A stretch of DNA of 64,000 nucleotides, from the NCBI GenBank assembly GCA_051294375.1, contig CM119269.1:18240410-18304409 (forward strand), written 5' to 3'. Of the stretch, positions 1 through 10,100 are shown in pieces (within the stretch, counting starts at the first letter, position 1; each line of letters begins with the position of its first letter). The notes below the pieces were generated by a model. It was not told the DNA's origin and ran no database searches. It saw nothing but the letters and a program-made list of their open reading frames with translations. This DNA is from Paraspadella gotoi. Its lineage: Eukaryota > Animalia > Chaetognatha. The position numbers were made by a program, and so were the translations under genes.

Positions 1-81
1 TACGATTTTATACGTATACTACATGAAACAAAGATCTGATCCCAACGCCCATCCAATGCAAACACAGCCAACTGAAGCGGC

Positions 82-125
<44 letters not shown>

Positions 126-1337
126 CGTGACGGCGACGACGACGACGACGAATAGACAAAAACTCTCGACGATCGATTTAAAAATAACTCGACTTCGTTC
201 CTCTTCTTTCTCTCTTCCTTTTCGATCTCTATTTTTGCCAAGTCTCCAGACTCGAGACTTAATCTAAGTATTAACGTTTTCACACTTCTCCAACTTTTAA
301 AAATATACTCTAAATATAAGAAACTTATATTATGTTGTAAAATTTTCACATTACTCGTGTAAAAATGGAAAACGTCACGAAACTCATCTTTTTTTCCACA
401 CTAGTTCTCACTCTTATCGCAGGGAGAGCGGACAATGCTCATTCATCCTCGCTTTCCACTCTCTCTCTCTCTCACTCCCGTTTTTATCTATGACCATTTC
501 TCGTAAACCGCAATAAACTCTTTCCTCTCCGTTAGACCCCCTACTGGTCCAACGACTCGTCGAGTTGCTTCCTAATTTTCATCCACTCCCTCCATCATCG
601 GCCACAATTACCCCATCACTCCCCAACACACGGTCCCCGATGCCCTGTCCCTCTCCCCCAGCGGGGTCCTCTCCCCCTCCCGACCCCTCGGCCATTCGTT
701 CCGGTTTTTCTGGGAACTATTTTATGGAAGGTCAGGCCGCGAGCAGACAGCGGCGCCACCCTTTGGCCAAAACAATCAATTGTTTATGACGCCGTCAACT
801 TTTCACGACGGGCTCCGAGGGCGGAAAGGGGATGGCAGCGGCGACGTGGGCGGTCGCGGCGGCGGCTGCGGCGGAGGATATGGCTTCGTTGGCGACGATG
901 GTGGAAGTGGCGAAGATGATGGCAGAAGAGGTGGCACTGACGGCGCGGGAGGGAATGGCAAAAGTTTATGAATAAGAATGAATATTAATTAGATAAGTAT
1001 ATGGAATAAGAAAACGATGGCGAAGCATATGATGTCGACGAAAGTAAATCAATGGTGGCATTGGTGTAAGTATCAGCGGTGGCATTAGTGGCACTATCGG
1101 CGATATTTCGATAAAAGTTGCGCCACCCGAGGCGCAGGCCGAGGCGACGTGCCAAGAGAGCGAAGAAGAATCCTATGGATTTTCGCGTGAATTGTGAGGA
1201 ATTCTAACCGCAAAAACCCCTCTTTCTCTCCTCTCTCTCTCTTCTCTCTCTCTCTCTTCTCTCTCTCTCTCTTCTCTCTCTCTCCTCTCTCTTCTCTCTC
1301 TTCTTTCTCCCTACTCTCTCTCTCTCCTCTCTCTCTC

Positions 1338-1393
<56 letters not shown>

Positions 1394-1699
1394 CTCTTTT
1401 TTTTGTCGTTTTTTCTTTTCTGTTTTTCTGTTCTATTGCTACTCTTAATAGCTTAAAAAATATTTTTTTTCATTATTTTAAGAAATATAATTGAAAAAAA
1501 GTTTCAAACAAAATCGGGGTAAAATTTCATTCTCGTTCAAAAATTAAAAAGACTGACGACAATTTACTAAATGACGACAGGATATTTTTCTTTGATGAAA
1601 TAGCAATCCAAAAATGCTTTTTTACGAAACGTAGTCGAATTTACATGTGACCATTGTAAGTAGTAATAGAGTAAAGTCTCTTCGGTCTTTAATTAAGAC

Positions 1700-4600
1700 T
1701 TAATTCCAACACAGAACGCCCTCAATTCCAACTCCTGGTGAAAAAAGAAAAAGCCAAACAGTCGTAGTGACATTTTGCCCGTGAAAATCTTTGGCCGTGA
1801 GTCGTGACAATGTCCGCTCAATCACGAACATCACCGCCGGGACAACATGTTGCCTATTCTGAGAGTATTTCCCACGAAATCTGAAACGAGGCGTTTTTTT
1901 TTTTAATCCAACGAAATATTTTGAAAAAAAGAAGCTTCATTCTTACTTCCACATTATCAAGCATTGCCATTCCTCAGTCTCACCTCCGTCTGTTCCCTCT
2001 TTAACCCCAAGCTCTTCTCCACAGCCTCGATGATTCTCGTGCCTCCAGGGTGCACCCCCCACAGATCAACGTCCGAAGCTTTCAAATCGTGTCGTCCCCA
2101 GAAAACTCTCCACGTAGGGGCGGGCGTTGCTTTCGAGATATTGGCTTAGAATCTTAGCGGATGAGGGAAGTTTTATGAATAATAAAAAAATGAGTCAATT
2201 TCCTCACATTGAATTGTCCTGACCTTGGACAGAGTGCAAGTGATTCGCGTTCGATGTGATGCCCAAAATGATTCCATCTTCTGTTCCTTCGGAAAGCATC
2301 GAGTGATGATCGATCACGCGAACCAAAATTTTGTTTTTCTTTATGAAAGTAAATAAAAATTCAGTAATGTCAAATTTTAAATTTAATGTATGTACAGGAA
2401 AATGTACAATGTGCAGTACAATTGTACATGTTAAAATCCTAAGCCGAAGATACATAGGAAGTTTAATTATGAGAAGTAAAACAGGGGCAAATATAGCGAT
2501 GTTCAAGAGTGTATTTTACAGGAAAATATTGACAGTCAAGTAAGCAATAAGAGAGAGAAGCAGACGATCCACCGACACAGAGCAGCGAGGAGAGTCCGGC
2601 GAAGCCGAGAGTGCCCCCGCACCCGAGTGAGGAGAGCAGAGATGAGATTGAGAGAGAGCAGACGAGACGACACACACCAAAGAGAGACGAGAGACGACAG
2701 GATCCAGAACACCCGAGAGGAGACACGAGAGACCGACCGACGAGAGACGCGACGGAGAGGGGAGGAGCCGCACCCGAGAGGACGAGGACGATCCCGGCGA
2801 AGACGAGCGGGCGAGAATGAACAACGACGACCGAGAGGAACGGACGAGAACGCAGAGGACGCTGACGTAGAGGCAGTGCCGGACGGAGCGGCCGGCGGTC
2901 GCCGAAGCGGCCACTCGCGCGGAGGCACAACGCCTGAGAGCCGCGGGCGGGCATGGGAGGTAAGAGGCGAGCCCCTGACGGGCCGTGGCCACACGAGCCA
3001 ACTAGGGCAGGACTGATTCGGAGAACGAAGACGAGAGGGAGAAACAAGAGAGGAGACGAAATATGAGAGAGACGAGAAGAACGAGGGAAAAATAAATGCC
3101 GGACGCAGGACGATCGAGCAAAGCCAAACAGCGACGCGCCGCTGAGAGGGAGCTGGGAGAGAAAAAAAAAACATAAAGAAACGAAGACGAGCAATAGTAA
3201 GGAGAGAGGAAAGAGAGAAAGTGAGCGAGAGGGGAGAGAGGTCGCGTGGGCCGCAGATCACACCCTAGCAGACGGAGACATGCAAGTGGAGCCGAATGTC
3301 CATCCTCCACGAGGGAAGTACCGACACGTGACAGGATCCGCTCTGAGTGGTACGTTGGCTCATCCTCGACACACACTGGGGCTGTCCCTCCGGCCTGCAT
3401 CACATCAGCCCCACGGCAAACGCGGGCGCGCGCTTTTCTCCCGTACATCTCTACAAGGACGCCTTGTCGGACTGTACGAGCACGCGTGAGCAATTCAGAC
3501 CCCCCCGCGACCCGACCGCGAGGAGAGCGGACCCTAGAGTGCGAGTAGAGAACCAGGATTAAGACGGACGAGAAATGGAGAAGATACCTATTGAGAGAGA
3601 GACGAGAGAGAGAGAGAGAGAGTAGAAGGATGAGAGAGAGAGAGAGAAAGCAGAGAGAGAGAGAGAGAAAGAAGAGAGCAGAAGAGAGAGAGAGAGAAAG
3701 AGATTGCATATCAATATATCTTCGGCCAAAAGGCGGTCAGGTCTGTGGATCGGCGAGAGTGTTTTCCACAGTCCACCAATTAGTTTCATCACTCCTACGC
3801 ACCCCCAATCTCTCGTCGTCTCCCGAAGACGGCGGCAGCACATCCATCGCTGAAAATGGCGTGCAATATGGCGTCATTGACGTTGTCCTCGAAGGTCGTG
3901 TGGACGGAACTTATCTCCACGCAGACCAATACCGACACCTCTGAATGTGGACGGGGAAGAGCGGATGATAATGATCATTATTAAAGTTCGTGGATTGTGT
4001 TACATACCTCGGGAAAGTTTGGGACGACTTTTGACCCAATTACTGGCGACGCAAAATCCGTTCATGGCCGCCGCGCAGCCCATAAACCCCACGAGGACTC
4101 TCTCTGCAAGTGTAAAGGTAAGAAAAACCTCTCATCTATGTTTAGTAAATTTTTTACTTTCTCGTCCATTGATGTCAATTGCCTGTCGTCCGACGTTAGA
4201 GATAAAGCGTTTATCAAATATACATCCAGTCCGGGTCCAAGAAATCCAGTGCTTGATACTACTACCAGTTGCCCGATCTGAAATTTAAAATTAAAATTTA
4301 CGAAGAGTAGTTTTAGGCTAACTTTGAGCTATTCAAAAAAAAGGTTTAAAATCCAAAGATCCCACCATAGCATAAATGAATAATGTATGGGTTGTAATAG
4401 TTTAAAAATTATCAAATTATCATTTGATTAGTGATAAAACTAATAAACCACCAAAGCCTGTCCAAAGTCAGTGGCAAAAGAGCTTAGTTATTAAATGAAT
4501 GGATAATTTTTCTATTGGTTGTACCAATCTCATGTTAAACAACTAGAGGTATTTATATACATATAGATATAAATAATAAAAAAAGTGTCAGGATACTCTT

Positions 4601-5719
4601 TATATTATGAAATGTGTTATGATATTTCAAAGAATGTTTCAACTGTATGAAAAGACCACTCCCTTAAGTATTAGGTCGGGGAATACTATATATTTCAATA
4701 TATATATATATATCTATATTTCATATATATATTGATATTCATATATATATTTCATATTTTATATACACCTCATCTGTTGTAACTCCGGCTGTTTGTATTG
4801 CTCTTCTCACGACGTCGAGGACGAGAGATGAAGCGACTTCCTCAAACTTGGAAATTCTCTCTTCGACCGGAATTTTGAAGGAGCCGTCCTGTAGGATGCA
4901 ACTGGTGTTTAGTTTAGTTTAATCAATGTTTTAAGTCATTTTTAAATTTTTTAAACCTCGGGAAAAAATTCCGCTGAAGGGTGGTGCCCATTGAGGATTG
5001 AATTTGGTCGAGATCTTGAGACTGTAAAAAAGTTCAAAAACTACAATTTTTTTAAAAAATTTAAAAAAATAACTTCTTTTATGATTTAGAAGTGATTTGG
5101 AAGTGAGGGAATGATTCCCTTTGTTTCAGATTTCGTCGTTTCTCATTCTCTCTCTTCTCTCTGTTTTCTTTTCTTTTTGTTTCTCTTCGCTTCTCTTCTC
5201 TTTCATATATCTAATTTTTTCTCTTCATATATCTCATTTCTTTTCTTCTCTTCTCTTCTCTTCTCTTCTCTTCTCTTCTCTTCTCTTCTCTTCTCTTCTC
5301 TTCTCTTCTCTTTCATATATCTCATTTTTTCTACCAGATCATTTTTGTAAATTGTTGGCCTTGAAAAATGATCAATAAAATTTCCCCGATTCCCATAACT
5401 AAAGACTGTTTAGTAATTATTATTTTTCATAATTGATGCTTAGCAAAAATTTTTAACGTTACCGTTTATTGCAATCTCAGACCATCAAAGATTACCACTT
5501 GATTACTTGATTACCTTCATCGATCTTTGGTGTCACCGCTAAATGCCGTTTAAGGATTTTCGTGTTTTCGTAAATTTTTTGAAGACGAGGCTTTACTTTA
5601 ACGACGTCGACGGCGGACTGCGCTACCAATAGCGCTTCGTTCTGCGTTAGGGAGTTGGCGGGATTGCCCGACGCCAGCGCAAGGATATAGGAAGAATCGG
5701 CTGTCGTCTCACCGTTCAT
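1700..5719 (-). CDS. Type III polyketide synthase (chalcone/stilbene synthase superfamily; brown-algal PKS1 / Mycobacterium PKS18-like), 9 exons, ~393 aa, with several 1-bp indels in the 3' exons
   Basis: Manually spliced exons: 5515-5719 (MNGETTADSSYILALASGNP..TQNEALLVA..IYENTKILKRHLAV), 4957-5021 (..EFFPE), 4769-4888 (DGSFKIPVEERISKF..AGVTTDE), ~4183-4277 (IGQLVVVSSTGFLGPGLD), 4008-4103 (RVLVGFMGCAAAMNGF, catalytic Cys), 3803-3940 (VCVEISSVHTTFEDNVNDAILHAIFSDGCAAA), 2224-2338 (SEGTEDGIILGITSNxITCTLSK), 1984-2152 (VDLWGVHPGGTRIIEAVEKSLGL, catalytic His), 1700-1880 (SWEILSExGNMLxPAVMFVIE...LFSPGVGIEGVLCWN*, catalytic Asn). Introns are GT-AG except an ambiguous, possibly GC, donor after exon 4. 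Confidence 0.93.
4625..4691 (+). repeat. ~67-bp dispersed repeat fragment in PKS intron 3, second copy at 25304-25370 in an ALDH intron
   Basis: TTTCAAAGAATGTTTCAACTGTATGAAAAGACCACTCCCTTAAGTATTAGGTCGGGGAATACTATAT versus TTTCAAAGAATGTTTCTATTATATGAAAATACCACTCCCTTCAGTATTAGATCGGGGAAGACTATAT. Confidence 0.8.
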
Positions 5720-6094
5720 TTTTTAGCGGCTCAAGTTTTTCTTGGTTAATATTCAGACGAGAAAAGTTAGCTTTATTTTTTAATTAACTTTTTTTAGTAG
5801 TTAAGAAAGCAACGAAAAGAAAAGTTTTTCAATTTAGCAACGGCAGGGATCAACCGAGGCGCGGAATTTCAGTGGTCGCCTCGTATTACCACTAGTACCA
5901 TCTAGTTTTGCCAACATTTTTTATTTGTCACGGCTTTAATATCCAGAGTAAACAAATAAATGAAAAAAAAACTGATTAAAAATATTATTTCGTCTTTAAA
6001 AAAATCGTCTCGATACCAATAGTCTTGATATATATATCAGGAGACAAAATGATATTTGTCTTAGGATTAAGACTTTAAGCCCTGTCGGTTGCTC

Positions 6095-6380
6095 TTTTTA
6101 GTTTTGCCGCGAGTACTCGCGGAGCATCTCTATAAGTCACTTTTCGGACGGTCGGTCCGTCTGTCCTTCGGTATGTCTGTCCGTGGGTCTGTCCCACTTA
6201 CATTAAAAATGGTTATAACTTGCCTATTTTTTTTGCTCATTTGTTAAAAATCAAATCTAAGCGACTACTGGCGCCGCCTTTTGTTTTTAAAAATGTTTTA
6301 TAAACTATAAGGAATAAATGATATGATAAGTAAAAAGAAAAGTAATGCGCTGCAACACCTTGGAATAACCGTTCCTTGTT
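6095..6380. mobile_element. Non-autonomous interspersed element, DINE-1/Helentron-associated (HINE)-like, copy 1
   Basis: TTTTAG..CTCTATAAGTCACTTTT, a GTCC/GTCG/GTCT microsatellite core, CCCACTTA..TTAAAAAT and a TGGAATAACCGTTC(C)TTGTT end are all shared with 28871-29117. T-rich flanks; 16-bp perfect palindrome CCGCGAGTACTCGCGG at 6107-6122. The family label is inferred from this architecture. Confidence 0.6.
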
Positions 6381-7114
6381 TTTATTAAGAGAACCATCAA
6401 TAATATTTTAAAAATTGTTATTTTTTCGTTCACATTTTGGTTAAAATTGTTCCTCTTTTTTTTTCTTTTTCGGATATCTAATAACTGGGATAAACAATGA
6501 AGTAAAAGCAGTTATTTCTCGTTTTAAATATTTTTTTTTAAATCCCAACCCGCTTATCCGAGGGCTCTCAAGCTCTTTATCATATTTTTCGTCACGCAAA
6601 AACAATGCATCCTTGTTTAATGTTTATATTTTTTTGGGGGGGGATAAAACCTCAGAATTTGAAATTAAAGTTGAATAGACTTTGATATTTGCCGTGAAAA
6701 TATGAAAGTTAAAAAAAAAACTTACGTAATCTATAAAAAAAATTATTTTTAGAGGATTACGAAAGGACAATGGTTATGAAAAGTGAAGAAAGAATAACGA
6801 TATTAGATAGGGATGAGCAGTATTCGACGAATTTTTTATTAGAGTAGAGACGAAAGAAAAAACAGTAGTGACATTATCCTTTCGGGTTGAGAAAATCATA
6901 GATACGGCCGGTTTGTTTGACTATCTATCTATCTTTGATTTTTTATATTATTACTATTCTTATTATTAATATTATTATTTTTACTATTATGATTATGTTA
7001 TATTTATCCTAGATTTTTATATTTCTAATCTTTCTCGTCTTCATAACAAAGTCCATTACGAAAGGCGCTCATTTCGTCTCGACCCGACGCATTATCTTTC
7101 TGGTCGTTCTCTCC

Positions 7115-10100
7115 TCATTCTCCGTCTCCTCCCCTTATATCTATAACGAAATGATTTCCTGCTGTTTCTTCTTCTTCTTCCTCGTATCTTCTCCTTTCAT
7201 ATTTAAATAATTGGTTATCAGAGTTGTTAATAACTCGCTCGTCGGCGCTCTGCTTGTCCGTTTCTACTCGGCAATCGGCGCTGTTATTGTCAAGAAAGAA
7301 TCCCCATTTTTTCGCAAAGTTTTTGTCGTAGAAACGAAGAAAGTTTTTCGCTCTGACGTGAGTCATGATGTCCGCACGAACGGAGACGCCAAGTTTTCCG
7401 TCTTCGGCGATATCGGCGTCGATCTCGATTTCGGCACCGGAGATTTCGGCGCCGGTATCCGGTTCCGTCTCGTCGTCGGGAGTGGCGCCGCTTTTGACGT
7501 CGGCCAAAAAGTCGGCGTCGAGAAAGATGAGTTTGAGGGCGCGGATTTGGCCTTCGATCGCCAGATGGTGCGCCTAGTTTTGAAGTGATCAAGGGGTTTA
7601 GAAACCTTGTAATAAAAAAAAATTTGGTAACTATGTATTTAGTAATTTTTTGGAAGTAGGCAGTTAGTAGGCTAAAGATAAATAAAGAATATGAAATAGA
7701 GCAAGTTGAGTCGAGTAAAGCCAAGAAAAACCTGGGGCGAAAGGCTATGCAGAGAATAAATTATAATTTGTTTTGTTTTCACCGGACCTGGTTAAATTCG
7801 AAAATACGCCAATCGTCTCGCAGATATTTTTTCGACACGAGGGCGACAAAGCAGCCAGAGTTTTGGATGGCTTCGCTAAGGGCTTCCGCCTTGCACCGGC
7901 CGAGCAGTTCGCAGCCGCCGCGGTCGTGGTCGTCGCGGACGAACCCTTGGAGGCCGAGTCGGTCGACGGCTTCCAAAAGAGACTCTAATTTCGGACGTTC
8001 GTCCTCGTAGTCTGCGTCGGTGTAAGAGAAGTAAACGTCGTAGGCGAAATTTATTTCCTGGAAACGTTTGTCTTTATTCTTGATCAAACGATACGCTTTC
8101 GGAAAATTGCTCCAAATTGCAATCGCCAGCGTTTCTCTGTAAAAGCTGGCTGTCACGATGACTAAGGATATCGCAGCAATGACCAGGCCGATGCCGACGA
8201 TCAGAAATGTTAACTTTCCCACGACTCGGTTGCCATAGTCACCGTCGTTGCATATGTCGGCGTATTCAATTTCGGTCATGTTGCGCAGAACATAAACTGC
8301 GATGTCGTTATTATAGTCCAAACCGTGACCGTTGCAAGCGACGCCGTCAATGTCTTCGACGTGGAACCGCCAACCGTCGTCCCGCACAAAATCCCACGGA
8401 TTCGGACTTTTGCATGAACACTTGAAAGGATTTCCTTTCAGCCTCATTTTTAATTTGGTGCCAAGTCCGTCTAAAGACTTTGGCGGAAGAGAAATTTGAT
8501 TGAAAGTCAGGTCGATGAGTTTCAAACGCGTTGGTCGAATCCTGTTGACTGCATCGAGAATGATAGACGCATCGGTGATCATATTCGAACTGAGATCGAG
8601 AGTCTCGCTCACTTTGAGCAATATGTCCAAATGAGTCTCATTCACCGAACTGACGTCGTTGGCCGAGAGGTCGAAATCGTAGACGAACCCATCCTCCAAC
8701 TGACTTGGCAGCGAAGATCGTTCGCGGCATTTTGCGCGTACTTTGTGAGGCGCAATTCTTGTGCACTCGCAATCGGCGTCACAAGTTGTTCTTCGACACC
8801 CAAACGCCTCGGCCTCGGTCTCCATGAGGTTTGACTTCACAGAGGCATTGGACGCCGCCGACGTTTTGCAGTCAAAGTTTCGAAAAAGCGGAGATCCGTA
8901 GAACCGTTGACATCGCATGACCCGACCTTCGAGAGATTCATCGGGAATTGTCTCGAGAGAATTGAGGAAAAAGGCAGAGTCTTGCATGGCGCATCCTTGG
9001 CAGACGAGGTCGCCGCGTTGGGTGTCCAAGTTCTTGATCAATATGACGATTCCGTGAGAGTGGTACCAGGAGACGAATTCCATCAGCTTTCGTAGATTAA
9101 ATGAGGAAAGATGATTGTAATGGACGACTGAGAAATTGGAGAATATTTTAATAGAAAAATAGAAAAATACAAAATAGAAAAGTTATTCGATTTTATGAAA
9201 AGTCATAAGGGGGAGGAAGGCAATGGGAGTATTTATAAAAATATTTCGACTTCATTTTTTAAGTAATCGTTAACGAGGATAAAGAAAATACTGGAGAAAA
9301 AGAGAGAGAGGGAAAAAGATATGTATCTTTTCAGAACCGTAAATGACCAAAAATTCTAAAATTGGGGCAAAACAGAGGCTTGAAATCCAGTCTTTCATAA
9401 TTTTGATCATTAGTCACAATTAGGGTTGGGTGACCCAGTTCTTTAGTCATTTTTTGTTTTGAATGAAAATCTCTAAAAGTGTTTTCACTCGCACCGCTTT
9501 CTTCATTATTAAATTACTCTTATTTAATACTCCCGGTGCATGTGATGACGTTTTTAAAAAGAATTGAGAAAAGTTTTTAAAATATTTTATCGAATACAAT
9601 TATTTCGGTTATTTTTAATTTAGGTACGTAATTTGTCTCAAGAAACGTAAAAAAAGAGACTCCTAACATATTATTATTTAGTAATAGGGATTGAGGACAT
9701 TGCCTGACCATTGTGACCAAGTTCAGGGGCAAGATTGAATGATTGAATGAAAAATGTTTGTATTGGTGTACCAATTTTATAATACTTACCGATTGAGTAT
9801 GCGGTCATCTTATTACATTGCACTTTTGTTTCATTGCCTTTCTTGTCCATCGTTGGGAAGTAAATGTCATTGATAAGATTATAACCGACGATAATGGTCG
9901 TATCAACGATGTAGTTAGAAATCCGTAATGGCCACAAATTAAATATCGTCAGTTGATTCTCTTGCAAATAAAGTTTTTGTATCGATGGCAACACCTCCAA
10001 GATATTTTCCACAGTCTTCATTCCATTTTCGTTCAAATAAAGGTAAGCCAATCGAGGTAAGTTTCTAAATATGTTCTTTTTCACGGATCGAATTTTGTTG

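Noticed and set aside
560-1190. GC-rich, Pro-rich or Gly-rich reading frames
   Set aside because: Low complexity, frames interrupted and no supportable gene model, though an error-damaged exon cannot be excluded.
2463-3720. Multiple overlapping 130-240 aa ORFs on both strands
   Set aside because: They are low-complexity GA/CT-derived translations inside PKS intron 6. The sequence looks like a garbled microsatellite-rich read and shows no domain motifs.
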